Of a DNA stretch of 64,000 nt, positions 30,152-40,600 are shown piece after piece. The notes beneath the pieces were generated by a model. That model saw nothing but the letters and a program-made list of their open reading frames with translations, was not told the origin of the DNA and made no database searches. The stretch is taken from assembly GCA_963765205.1 (NCBI GenBank), contig CAVXVB010000011.1, forward strand, positions 64,001 through 128,000. Reading direction: 5' to 3'. How positions within the stretch are numbered: the stretch's first letter is position 1; the number at the start of each line of letters is the position of its first letter. The DNA is from an uncultured Verrucomicrobiae bacterium (GTDB lineage Bacteria > Verrucomicrobiota > Verrucomicrobiia > Opitutales > JABDGR01). The position numbers were made by a program, and so were the translations under genes.

Positions 30152-31514
30152 CTATTTCGTAGAGGCGGTGGCCGTGGCGGATGGTGGCGTGGACGGTGAA
30201 GCAGGGTCTGCATCATTGGCATTCACCTGGTCGCCATCGGCTACCTGGCTGCTTAGGTTTAACGCTACGCGGTCGCCGAGTGACAGCCCGGAGGCGATTT
30301 CGACGACTTCGCCTTGATCGCTGCCGATGGTGACGCTGCGCAAGTTCACTTTGCCGGCATTGTCAACCACTGCAACCTGCGGGCCATTGGCGCGAAACAT
30401 CAAGGCGCTGGCAGGAATTTCCAAAAGCGGCTTCTGTTTGATTTCAAAATTGGCCTGAATTTCCATGCCTGGGAGCAACGCCAAGTCGGTATTGGGAACA
30501 TCCACCTCAACCCGCAGCGTGCGGGAAGCCGGATCAATGGCCGAGGCGGTGCGACCGATCTTGCCCTGGAAGATGCGATCTGGAAATTCGCGCGCGGTAA
30601 AAGTTTCCGGCGTATCAACCGTCATTTCCTTGCTCGCCGTTTGCGGAACATCCACCATCACCCGGAACCTGGTCATATTGCGCGATGCTATACAACGAGG
30701 TCGTGCTGGCGGTGCTGCCTGCGGTGATCAAGTCGCCGATGTCAATATGGCGGGCCGTGATTACTCCATCGAAGGGTGCCCGCACCTGTTTGAAATTGGC
30801 CAACTCCGTCAGACTGTTGACGTTGGCCTGATCCAGGAGCACTTGCGATTTGGCGGCGGCCAATTGCGCGACACTGCTGTCGTATTCGGCTTTCTTTTCC
30901 TCGCGCTCCTGATCGGATACGACGCCTTTGGGTGAATTCGCCCAGCGGTCATTGGTGGTCTGTGCAAAATCGGCGGCGGCCTGCGCGACGGTGACGTTGG
31001 CCTCCGACACATTAAGCTTGGCTTGGGCGGCGGAAAGCTGGTCGTCTAATTCCGGCGTCTCAATCGTGGCGAGTGATTGCCCTTTGGTGACGTGGTCGCC
31101 GATATCCGCCGACCAAGTAGCCACATATCCGCTCACGCGCGCGTAAATGGTGGTTTGATACCAGGCATTGACGTAACCCGCCAGCGGCAAGGATTTGGTC
31201 TCCGGGCCATACCTCACCGTGATCACGTCAACCGGCACCGGGGTATTCGCTGCTGCGGTCGTGTCGGTTTGCAATTCTGATTCCTGCCGGGAGCGGCGAA
31301 ACTGCACCAATAAAAAAGCGCCCGTCAATCCAACTGCCGCCACAATTGCGAAAAACGCCAATTTCCTTCCTGTGTTCGGGGTGGACGTGGTTGCGACCTT
31401 TTGATGTTCCTGCTTGGCTAGGTCAACAAGGATTGAGGGTGATTCACCCGAGGTTGACTCGGGCGCGGGGGTCTCGTCACGATGATTATTTGGTTCGGAA
31501 TCAGGCGATGGCAT
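30152..31514 (-). CDS. RND efflux periplasmic adaptor (MFP), split by a +1 frameshift near 30670
   Basis: IYARVSGY, IGDHVTKGQ, RAPFDGVIT; after YSIAQYDQ continues in the other frame FRVMVDVPQ...IDPASRTLRVEV...LLPGM. Confidence 0.9.
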
Positions 31515-34500
31515 GGCGGGTTTCCTCATGGGTAACAGGGTGGGGCTGCCGGCGCAGCAAGCGATACATGGCCGGCACAAAAATCAGGGTGGCAAAGGTG
31601 GCGAAAAAGAGGCCGCCGATAACGGCGCGGGCGAGCGGGGCGTTTTGTTCGCCACCTTCCCCCACGCCTAACGCCATGGGAATCATGCCCAAAATCATGG
31701 CGCCAGCCGTCATCAACACCGGGCGAAGACGAGTGTAGCCCGCCGTTACCGCAGCCGTCAAAGCATCATCGCCGGCCGCCATTCGTTGATTGGCGAACGA
31801 TACCACCAGAATACTGTTGGCGGTGGTCAAGCCGATGCACATAAGCGTGCCCATCAAAGCGGGCACACTGATGTGAGTCTGGGTCAAGTAAAGCATCCAG
31901 ATCACGCCGGCGAGGGCGAAGGGAACGGCCAGCAAAACAACCACCGGATCAAGCCAGCTTTGGAAATTGATTACCATGAGCAAATAGACCAGCACGACCG
32001 CCAGCCCCATCCCGGAGAACAAGCCCGCAAAACTTTGGCGCATGGTTTCGATCTGGCCCGAAAGCGTCACGGTGATCGCCTGCGACGGATCGGGGCGGTC
32101 TTGGGCGATGACTTGATCAATGGCGTCGGCGGCGCTTTTCAAGTCGCGTCCCTGCACGTCGGCGTTCACGTCAAAAACCTGGCGAATGTTCAATTGCGAC
32201 ATGACCATGGGCACCTTGCCCCGGCTGAATTGGGCCACATTCATAAGCAACTGGCCCTGCTTGTCGTTTTCGGTGGCCAGCGGCAACGTCCACAAATCCT
32301 GCATCTCGCTGATATGGTAGGTCGGCGTCTGAACTACCAGGGGGTAGCTAACGCTATTGCGCGGGTTAAGCCAGAAATCTGGTGCAGTTTGCGCGCTCGA
32401 ATTGAGCGCCACCAACAAACTATTGGCCGCGCTTTGCTGGTTGAGGCCCACTTGTTGGGCCATCGTTCGATCCACGTCAACTTTGACGGAAGGCGCGTCG
32501 GGCACCTGGAACACGTGAGCATCCACCACTCCGGGAACATGATGAAGGTCTTTTGCCAGCTTGCTCGCGAGCGCGTAGTCCGCGTCGCTATCCGGCCCGG
32601 AAACACGAATGTCAATCGGCGCGGGTTGCCCGAAATTCAAGACTTGATTGACGATGTCGGCGGGCTGAAAAAAGAATTGCAGTTCGGGAAATTGCTTGGG
32701 CAGTTCGTTGCGCAAATCGGCGACGTGCTGGGCCGTGGGCGTGTGTTTTTTGTTTAAGGAAATGAGAATCTCCCCATCCATTGGCCCCACGGTGGCGGAA
32801 TCGCTCAAGGCAATGTTGATGCCGCTGTAGGGCAGGCCGATGTTGTCGAGCATCACGTCAACTTGATTATTGCCGACAATTTTGCGGATGGCCGTCTCGA
32901 CTTGCGCGAAATACGCCTGCGTCTGTTCCAGCCGGGTTCCGGGCGGGGCACGAACATGGAGACGCATTTGGCCGGCGTCCACGGCGGGAAAGAAATCCAT
33001 GCCAAGTCGGGGGAACAAGCAAAGCGAGGCCACCATCAGAATCAAAAAGAATAGGGCCGTCGGCCAGGGGGCGGAAGCGGCCCACGCGACCGTGTTGCGG
33101 TAAGCATCACGGAAGGCATGGAACCCGCGGTCAAAGGCGCGATGGATCGTGGAAACCGGATTGAATCGGCGCGTGACGGGTTCGGCGGTGCCCTTTTTGT
33201 GCCCATGATGCATGATGTGTGAACGCATCAAGTATTTGAAGAGCACCGGCACAAGCGTGAAAGAAAGCAGCAGGCTGGCGAGGAGGGATATGCAAACCGA
33301 AAGCGACATCGGCGAGAACAAATACTTGGCTGTCCCTTGCAACAAAAAGACCGGCACGAATACAATGCAGATCGCCAGCGTGGAAAGCAGGGTCGGGATG
33401 CCGATTTCCGTGACGCCCTCGATGATGCAATGTTCGAGCGTGTCCACCTTGCCATGCGGGTGCTTGGGGTTTTCGATGATTGTGTCGGGTAGATCGTCAA
33501 GTTTTCGGCGCATACCCAAATGTCGTTCGATGTTTTCAATGACGACGGTGCCATTATCCACCAAAATGCCCACGGCCAGGGCGAAGCCGCCCAAGGTCAT
33601 CGTGTTGAGAGTCTGCCCGTCGCAATACAAAACAAGTAACGCCGTGATAATGGAAAGGGGAATCGAGGCCAGGATGATCAAGGTGAGCCGGCCATTGCCC
33701 AGAAAGAGCAGGATCATCATGGCGGTCAGCGCCGCCGCCATCGTACCGCCCATAATCACGCTGCTCAAAGCCGCCTTGACGAAAATGGATTGATCAAAGA
33801 TCGGTTTGATGTCCACTCCCGCCGGCAGCAAGCGGCGAATATCCGGCAACGCAGCCTTGATGCCATCAATCACCGCCAGCGTGGAACTGTTGCCGGTTTT
33901 GCGGATCATCATGAGGCCGCCGGGCTGCCCGTTTTGCGAGACATAGTTGGTCTGTATTTGGTAGCCGTCATGCACATGCGCCACGTCGGAAACGAAAACC
34001 GTTTTGCCGTTGATCTCCTTGACCGGAAAATTGTTGATGTCTTGGATGACATCCGGGCTGTTGTTCATCGCCACCGCGTAATCCTTAACCCCCAGTTTTA
34101 CATCGCCGGAAGGCAAAATTACATTTTGGCGCTGCAAGGCGTCGCTGACATCTGAGGGGGAAAGACCGCGCGATTGCAACGCCTGCTGGTCAAGGTCCAC
34201 CATGATAACGCGCGGCTTGCCACCATACGGGTAGGGGATGGACGCCCCGCGCACGACGGCCAAATCCGGCCGGATAATGTTTTGCCCCAGGTCATTGAGT
34301 CGCGTATCGGTCAGGGAATTGCTGGAAAGGCTCAATTGGATGATCGGCACGTCGGTTGCGCCGTAACGCAAAACCAGCGGCGGGGTGATGTTGCGCGGCA
34401 TATACTTGAGCACGGTCAGGGCGCTGCTGGCCAATTGGGATACTGCTCGGCTCACGTCCGCGCCTTCATGCAGGTAAACTTTGATGACGCCGACGCCTTG

Positions 34501-34758
34501 ATAACTTGTCGCTTCAATGCGCTCAATGTCATCCACCAACGACGCCAGTTGCCGCTCATGCAGGGCCACAATCCGATTCTGGATTTCCTCGGCACTCATG
34601 CCGCTGTAAGTCCAAACCACGCTGACCACCGGGATGTTGATCTCGGGGAAAATGTCCGTGGGCATCCGTGTGGCCGATCCCAAGCCCAGCAGGCACACCA
34701 GAACCAACAGTGCGATCACTGTGTAAGGCCGCTTGAGCGCGAATTTGACGATGGCCAT
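31501..34758 (-). CDS. RND efflux permease (AcrB/AcrD/AcrF family)
   Basis: 1085 aa; MPTDIFPEINIP, GILVDNGTVVIENI, RLRPVLMT, PLARAVIGGL. Confidence 0.96.
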   Translation of the reverse strand: MAIVKFALKRPYTVIALLVLVCLLGLGSATRMPTDIFPEINIPVVSVVWTYSGMSAEEIQNRIVALHERQLASLVDDIERIEATSYQGVGVIKVYLHEGADVSRAVSQLASSALTVLKYMPRNITPPLVLRYGATDVPIIQLSLSSNSLTDTRLNDLGQNIIRPDLAVVRGASIPYPYGGKPRVIMVDLDQQALQSRGLSPSDVSDALQRQNVILPSGDVKLGVKDYAVAMNNSPDVIQDINNFPVKEINGKTVFVSDVAHVHDGYQIQTNYVSQNGQPGGLMMIRKTGNSSTLAVIDGIKAALPDIRRLLPAGVDIKPIFDQSIFVKAALSSVIMGGTMAAALTAMMILLFLGNGRLTLIILASIPLSIITALLVLYCDGQTLNTMTLGGFALAVGILVDNGTVVIENIERHLGMRRKLDDLPDTIIENPKHPHGKVDTLEHCIIEGVTEIGIPTLLSTLAICIVFVPVFLLQGTAKYLFSPMSLSVCISLLASLLLSFTLVPVLFKYLMRSHIMHHGHKKGTAEPVTRRFNPVSTIHRAFDRGFHAFRDAYRNTVAWAASAPWPTALFFLILMVASLCLFPRLGMDFFPAVDAGQMRLHVRAPPGTRLEQTQAYFAQVETAIRKIVGNNQVDVMLDNIGLPYSGINIALSDSATVGPMDGEILISLNKKHTPTAQHVADLRNELPKQFPELQFFFQPADIVNQVLNFGQPAPIDIRVSGPDSDADYALASKLAKDLHHVPGVVDAHVFQVPDAPSVKVDVDRTMAQQVGLNQQSAANSLLVALNSSAQTAPDFWLNPRNSVSYPLVVQTPTYHISEMQDLWTLPLATENDKQGQLLMNVAQFSRGKVPMVMSQLNIRQVFDVNADVQGRDLKSAADAIDQVIAQDRPDPSQAITVTLSGQIETMRQSFAGLFSGMGLAVVLVYLLMVINFQSWLDPVVVLLAVPFALAGVIWMLYLTQTHISVPALMGTLMCIGLTTANSILVVSFANQRMAAGDDALTAAVTAGYTRLRPVLMTAGAMILGMIPMALGVGEGGEQNAPLARAVIGGLFFATFATLIFVPAMYRLLRRQPHPVTHEETRHAIA

Positions 34759-35090
34759 AAAAACAAAGCGTCAAAGTTTTTACCGAATAATTCGTGGATG
34801 CTCGGGAAAATCATTTGGGGCAGCAACTCTTCTGCTGACCGCAAAATTTGCCAATAGTTGCTTACCACCGTTATTTCTTTACGCAAAGATGACAAGCAAG
34901 AATCTATTAAGTTCTATAAGCAAGGTCGCTTAACATAAAGCGAAATAGCCTAAATTAAAGCCCCTAATCTTGACAGGATTACATGTGTATTCGCCATAAA
35001 AAAACTCCCTATATAGTCTCTATTCCCTACGGTAATCGCCCCCATCGTTTCGCTCTGCGGAAGCATTAAGTTGGGTTCTTGACTCAAAAA

Positions 35091-35128
35091 GAAACCTTAA
35101 CGTAACATTGCGGACATAAATGCGTAAC
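35091..35128 (+). promoter_or_regulatory. Candidate Pho-box-like direct repeat array
   Basis: GAAAC (35091), GTAAC (35102), GACAT (35113), GTAAC (35124) at exact 11-bp spacing, about 60 bp upstream of a porin gene. Confidence 0.5.
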
Positions 35129-35189
35129 CTAGTTCAGTTAAAAGGTGCCGACGCGGGTCAACCTCCCGCTACCTAAGCAACTACAAAAC

Positions 35190-36707
35190 ATGAACTACAA
35201 CCTGCTCAAAACGCTCAGTGTGCTCACTGGGTGCGCCCTGTTCGGTGTTCTCACCGCCCAGGCCCAAGACAAAGCCACGCTCGACCTCCTGGTTAAAAAG
35301 GGGGTCATTAGCCAATCCGACGCGGATTCCATCGCGAAGACATCCGGAACGCCGATCGTCGCGACGAAGTCTTCCACCGTGCAAAAAATCCAACTCGAAG
35401 GCATGATCCAGTTCGATTACAATGATCTTACTGCAAGCGACGACACTAAAAACGCCAATCCGGTGGCCACCAACCAAATGTATTTCCGCCGCGTGATGAT
35501 GGGTGCCAAAGTGGATTTGGGCAATGATTGGGGTGGTGAAATTATGATGGACTTTGCCGCGGGCCAAATCGCCGACCAGCCGAAATCCGGCCTCTCTCCG
35601 CAAGCGTATCCCACAACCGCCTCTACCGTCGGTGGCCAGCAAGGGATCCAATACATTTCCCAGGATATGTTCGATAAAATTGCCATCACCAAACAGATTC
35701 CAGGCTATGGCCAGTTCGAGGCCGGGTATGACAAAACAAATTGGGTCCAGGAAGAGATGACTCCCACGTCGCAGTTGCCCGCCATAGAACGCTCCATCGC
35801 CACCCGTTACTTTGATGAGTATTATGGCTCGCAAACCGCGTATCGCCTGGCTTTTGGCCAGCGCCGCACCGGTTTGTTTTGGAATGGCACTGCTGATGGC
35901 ATTCCGGGGCTATACTATAGCGCGGCCCTCACCGACGGCATTCAAAGCCAGATCAACTTCACCAACGTGGGCGGCCTTGACAAAATCGGCGCTTGGACCG
36001 GTGCAGGGTTTAAGGGCAAGAATGACGACATGGGCCTGACCTACGACTTCGGCCTAAACCTCGGCTATTCCGGTGACGGCAACAGCCAAAACACGATCAA
36101 AAGTTCCGCGACCATATATTCGCCGTACACGGGATTGGCTGCTCCGGTCAACCAGACCGCCCAGTCGAATGATACCTATGGCTACAATCCCTACATCAAA
36201 GTGGCGGTGGGGAATTTCAGCCTGCTCGCGGAATTCTTCCAATCCCGGTTCGAAAATGGCCGTAGCACGATTCCCTACACCTCCACCCTTCTGACTGCCC
36301 AGGGGATCGACAGCGCAGCATGGCCCTACGGCATCAATATCATTCCCGTTTACAAGATCACCCCAGACTTAGATATTGACCTACGTCTGAGCTACCTGGA
36401 CACCAACGGTCGCGGCACCGACCAAAACGGTGTCATGTGGAACGCTCCCAATGATGTGGCCGGATCGATTAATGCGAACACGGGCTTGGTCACGGCCGGC
36501 CAATATGGCCCGCTGTTTGATAATGCCAAATCCATCTATCTCGGTTTCAATTGGGCGCTCAGCCCCGGGGTACGGTTTAGCGCCGGCGTCGAGCGCGTCT
36601 GGTTTAACGGCCGGCAGACTTACACCGCGACCAATGGCACGTCGGACTTCGATGGTCCCGGCACCGTCGCGAATAACATTCGCGCGCAACTCACGGTCTC
36701 CTGGTAA
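35190..36707 (+). CDS. Outer membrane porin, OprO/OprP-like (paralogue 1)
   Basis: Signal peptide; LDLLVKKGVISQ N-terminal helix; FRRV, EE.TPTSQLPAIERS motif; terminal aromatic residue (W). Confidence 0.8.
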   Translation: MNYNLLKTLSVLTGCALFGVLTAQAQDKATLDLLVKKGVISQSDADSIAKTSGTPIVATKSSTVQKIQLEGMIQFDYNDLTASDDTKNANPVATNQMYFRRVMMGAKVDLGNDWGGEIMMDFAAGQIADQPKSGLSPQAYPTTASTVGGQQGIQYISQDMFDKIAITKQIPGYGQFEAGYDKTNWVQEEMTPTSQLPAIERSIATRYFDEYYGSQTAYRLAFGQRRTGLFWNGTADGIPGLYYSAALTDGIQSQINFTNVGGLDKIGAWTGAGFKGKNDDMGLTYDFGLNLGYSGDGNSQNTIKSSATIYSPYTGLAAPVNQTAQSNDTYGYNPYIKVAVGNFSLLAEFFQSRFENGRSTIPYTSTLLTAQGIDSAAWPYGINIIPVYKITPDLDIDLRLSYLDTNGRGTDQNGVMWNAPNDVAGSINANTGLVTAGQYGPLFDNAKSIYLGFNWALSPGVRFSAGVERVWFNGRQTYTATNGTSDFDGPGTVANNIRAQLTVSW

Positions 36708-36758
36708 GCGGATTGCGCTAAAAAACGCAAACGTAGTTTTGTTTTGTTGACTGGTTTG

Positions 36759-36799
36759 GGCCGCCCGGTGGCATTTGCCGCCGGGCGGCCTTTTTATTT
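36759..36799 (+). terminator. Rho-independent terminator
   Basis: GGCCGCCCGGTGGC...GCCGCCGGGCGGCC stem followed by TTTTTATTT. Confidence 0.9.
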
Positions 36800-36994
36800 C
36801 TACTCGCCACGCCCGCTGTCATGAGGTCGCCGAGCAACATGGATGGGCGCAGCGATTTTACGCTCTTCTAAAAATGTGAAAATTATCGCTTGACGCCAAA
36901 GCAATCCTAATTATTTTAATCTATAGAGAATCAATAAGCTATAACTCTATATAAATTAAGGAGATTAGATTCACAACCTCAATTCCAGAATGCC

Positions 36995-37231
36995 ATGCCA
37001 ACCAACACCAAACAGTCATCGTTAGTCGAGGCCATCCCCGACTGGATGGAACTCGTCTGTCGCCGGGCCGAAAGCCTGCGTGAAGGAAGAATCGCGCTTA
37101 GAGTGGAAGCCCGCCAGGTCACGGAAATTGCGTGTGAGGAAAAAACGAACATGTTTGTCTCTTCCTCGTTGGCAGATTGCGCTGAAGATAGCTACGAACA
37201 ATCGGTTTCCAGCCCATTGGTCAAGTCATAG
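36995..37231 (+). CDS. Small DUF2292/YezD/OscA-like protein (diverged)
   Basis: WMELVCRRAESLREGRIALRVEARQVTEIACEEK resembles the short family pattern (helix, LRxG, two strands, VTxI..EK); precedes a porin. Confidence 0.55.
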   Translation: MPTNTKQSSLVEAIPDWMELVCRRAESLREGRIALRVEARQVTEIACEEKTNMFVSSSLADCAEDSYEQSVSSPLVKS

Positions 37232-37489
37232 ACCGCTCGGTGTAAAAATGAAAACCACGATCCAATCGTCCTAAAATTTTGCCTTTAAACTATATCTATT
37301 TAATGAACTCTATCTTTATATAAATAAACGTATTTAACAACTCACTCTTTCACCCAATTCCGCCCTTTGAACTTTAGCCCAACTTTAATTTCCGACCGGT
37401 CCACCGGCGGATTCAACCAACCCACGCTCAAAACCATATCCAGCCTGACCGATCGATCGGAAGCTGGAACCCGCACAACAAGACCCGTC

Positions 37490-38875
37490 ATGAACTCATC
37501 AACTAAACTGAATAGGTTCAGTTTCATTCGCGCTGTGACCAGCGTTGCCGGGATAGCGGCAACGTTGTTGCTCGCCTCCGCCAATCCCGCCCGCGCGCAG
37601 GATGAGGCGACGCTTGATCTCTTGGTCAAGAAGGGCCTGATTAGTCAGTCCGACGCCGATTCGGTGGCAAAATCGTCCGCTGCCGTCGTCGTCGCCAAAA
37701 ATCCTGATGTCCAAAAAATCAAGCTGCAAGGCATGATACAGTTCCAATACGACTGGGTCACGACCAAGGACAAGGCACCCAACTCCTCCGATCCGCCCGC
37801 TACTAATCAATTCGAGTTGCGCCACGTTTATCTTGGCGCGCAAGTGGACCTGGGCAACGGCTGGGGCGGGGAAATCCAGACGGACTTCGCCGCCACGGGC
37901 GCGACCCAAATGTCCGCCGCGCCGCAATCGCAAAACACCCAGAACTCCATCGAAAAGGCCATCATCACCAAAAAGGTGGATGGTTATGGGCTGGCGACCC
38001 TCGGCTTCCAAAAGACGCAGTTTTCCCAGGAAGAAAATACGCTGACTTCCGAAATTCTTCCGGTGGAACGTTCCATCGCGACCAATTACTTCACCCGCCC
38101 CTACGGCGGCCCGACGACCGGACGCCTCGGTTTTGGCAACCGCCTGGCGGGCGTTTATTGGGACGGCGTTCTGCCTGGCAATGGATTCTATTATGGGGGA
38201 GCGCTCACGACGGATATTGAGACCGCCGCCAGTCTGGGCGGCCCGGCCACGGGTGCTCCTTCCTATAATGAATTCGGTTATTGGGCCCATGCGGGCTACC
38301 AAGGCAAGCTTGATGACTTGGCCTACAAGGCCGGCCTCAATTTCGGCTACGCCGGAGACGCCAACAGCACGCCTGCTGCCGGAGCCATACCCGCCCAAAC
38401 CAACTCCATCTGGGGCTACAACCCGTATGTAAGTCTGTCCTATGATCACTTCGCGCTCACGGCGGAGTTTTTGCAAGCCGTCGTCGGAAACGGCCGGGCC
38501 GGTGCCGGAGGCAAAACGAGTGACGCCGCCCCTTACGGCTTGGTGATCACCCCTTCCTACAAAATCAACGATCAGTGGGAACTGGTGACACGGTTTAGCG
38601 AGTTGTCCACCAATGGGCGCGGCGCTACCATTAGCCAGCAAGAATGGAGCGGCGGGAATATAATTAATGCCGCCGGCACCTTCACCAATGACTTCGACAA
38701 TGTTTGGTCGGCCTATCTAGGCGTCAACTGGTATATCGTCGGCAACAGTGTCAAGTTGTCGGCGGGCTACGAGTATGCCCGATTTAGTGATCGGCAAACG
38801 GTGGCGAACGGCCCCTTCAACGGCGCTCCTGCTGAAGTGAGTTCCTTTCGCATGCGTTTGCAGTTTCTGTTTTGA
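37490..38875 (+). CDS. Outer membrane porin, OprO/OprP-like (paralogue 2)
   Basis: Clear paralogue of 35190..36707 (QDEATLDLLVKKG, QKIKLQGMIQF, DLGNGWGGEI, EE..ERSIAT); terminal F. Confidence 0.8.
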   Translation: MNSSTKLNRFSFIRAVTSVAGIAATLLLASANPARAQDEATLDLLVKKGLISQSDADSVAKSSAAVVVAKNPDVQKIKLQGMIQFQYDWVTTKDKAPNSSDPPATNQFELRHVYLGAQVDLGNGWGGEIQTDFAATGATQMSAAPQSQNTQNSIEKAIITKKVDGYGLATLGFQKTQFSQEENTLTSEILPVERSIATNYFTRPYGGPTTGRLGFGNRLAGVYWDGVLPGNGFYYGGALTTDIETAASLGGPATGAPSYNEFGYWAHAGYQGKLDDLAYKAGLNFGYAGDANSTPAAGAIPAQTNSIWGYNPYVSLSYDHFALTAEFLQAVVGNGRAGAGGKTSDAAPYGLVITPSYKINDQWELVTRFSELSTNGRGATISQQEWSGGNIINAAGTFTNDFDNVWSAYLGVNWYIVGNSVKLSAGYEYARFSDRQTVANGPFNGAPAEVSSFRMRLQFLF

Positions 38876-39029
38876 GGGGCGCGGGCCGCGCAACCCAACG
38901 GAGGCGCAGTTTCCTTGCGGCCCCCTCAAATGAATCGGGGGGGCCGCATCGGCTCCCATAGCCCCATGTAACATTTTCGATATATTTACTTGAATATATC
39001 GAAACTTTCGCTTGTTCTGGCGGGCGACC

Positions 39030-40007
39030 ATGAAAAACCACCCCTGTTCCTCTCGTTCGCTCTCCGGCGCTGGCGCCACGCTCCCGCGCCCGCCTGTCGC
39101 GGTCAGCCGCCGCTCGCTCGTCCCGGCCACGGTGGCCAAAGTTGCCTCGGTGTTGGTTCTCGTCCTGGCGGCGACCCGCCCCGTCCACGCGCAAAGCGCT
39201 CCCGCCGCCAGCCTGTCCAACCTGACTTTATCCAACTTTTTCAGTGAAGGCTGGGATCAGCCGGATGTCAAACGGCCCAATCCGGGCGGCGCGCCGGATA
39301 TGGCGTTGCTGCGCGTGCAGACTAATTTTCTGGAGCAGGAATTCCGCACCGACTTCTATTCGCAACAGGACTTGAATAGTGCAAAAAACCGCACCATCAA
39401 TTTCGCCGATGCCTTGATAGCTTACGGCATAAACCGGCGCTTCATGGTCTCGGTGACCTCCAATTACGAATGGCTCAACTCCCGGATACCCAACAATGAC
39501 ACCGACGCCGCCAGTGTTGCCATCGCCGGAAGGTTTCAATTGATTGACATCCCTGGGTCGTCTTACGCCCTCAACGTGAAAGTCACTTCCCCGGCCAAAG
39601 ACATTGGCAACGATCTCTCCACGGTCACCTATTCGCTGGCCGGTTGGGAGGATTTGACGCCCTACGGATTGAGCCGGATGGGCCTCTACTTCGATGTCCT
39701 GGGAGATAATTACGTCGGCCCCCATACCATCGGTGCCAAGACAACCGACACTGCCTACGACGTATCCCTCGCCAAAACCTGGACGGAACCCAATGGCACG
39801 CTCCAAAACTTTACTACCTTCTTGGAACTTTATGGCACAACCAATCTGAGCGGAGGCGAAAGCGGCCAGACTGTGGTTACCCTGACTCCCGGCATTCGCA
39901 CCGGCATCGGTCATAATCAGGTGCTCATGTTCGGCGTGGACTTGCCGGTGAGCCACCCGCGCCCCTATAATTGGACGCCCAGACTCACTTACATCATCAA
40001 TTTTTAG
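39030..40007 (+). CDS. Putative outer membrane beta-barrel protein
   Basis: Signal peptide ending VHA/Q, amphipathic strands, C-terminal LTYIINF. Confidence 0.65.
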   Translation: MKNHPCSSRSLSGAGATLPRPPVAVSRRSLVPATVAKVASVLVLVLAATRPVHAQSAPAASLSNLTLSNFFSEGWDQPDVKRPNPGGAPDMALLRVQTNFLEQEFRTDFYSQQDLNSAKNRTINFADALIAYGINRRFMVSVTSNYEWLNSRIPNNDTDAASVAIAGRFQLIDIPGSSYALNVKVTSPAKDIGNDLSTVTYSLAGWEDLTPYGLSRMGLYFDVLGDNYVGPHTIGAKTTDTAYDVSLAKTWTEPNGTLQNFTTFLELYGTTNLSGGESGQTVVTLTPGIRTGIGHNQVLMFGVDLPVSHPRPYNWTPRLTYIINF

Positions 40008-40048
40008 CGCGTGCATTGTGAAGGCCTAGACGGTCTGCGTCCTTTGCC

Positions 40049-40455
40049 ATGAATGAGATCGTAACGAATCAAGCCCATTGGGTCATTTCCAAATGGGTGA
40101 AGATTCCCATGCGTCCGGGAAGGCCAATGCCCGCTTGCGGCCATTTGTCCAGCACCCGCTCCTGGTTGTGCCGCTCTTTTCCGACAGTAATTATAGTTAT
40201 CCCAGCGGCCATGCCACCCGCTCGGAGTTGGAAGCGCGGATCCTGGGCACCCTGTTTCCCGCGCAAGCAGAGGCCTTGCTCAATCGCGCCCGGCAAATTG
40301 CGGATAGCCGGGTGGTCGCCGGGGTTCATTATGCCAGTGACACCGAAGCGGGCTTGACCCTGGGCGACCTGCTGTTTGCCGAACTGAAAGCGACCGACAA
40401 ATTCAAGCAGGACCTTTCGGCAGCGGCGGCACTGGATATTACAGCGCCAAAATGA
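40049..40455 (+). pseudogene. 5'-truncated class A acid phosphatase (PAP2) remnant
   Basis: RLRPF, SYPSGH, SRVVAGVHYASD motifs; no signal peptide or N-terminal half and no ATG opening the conserved frame. Confidence 0.75.
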
Positions 40456-40600
40456 GCGACCGCTTCAGGTGTCGGACGGCACGGGTGGGTGCCCCTTTTT
40501 ACTTACAGTCGCCCCGCTCCCCGCTCGTCCTCCACTGATTATCCGCCGACGTAAAGAGGCGCGGAGGTCCAGGCGGATCGCATCCTGATTTTGCGTTTTG

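Noticed and set aside
38916..38947. Hairpin after porin 2 as an intrinsic terminator
   Set aside because: Stem present but long loop and no U-tract.
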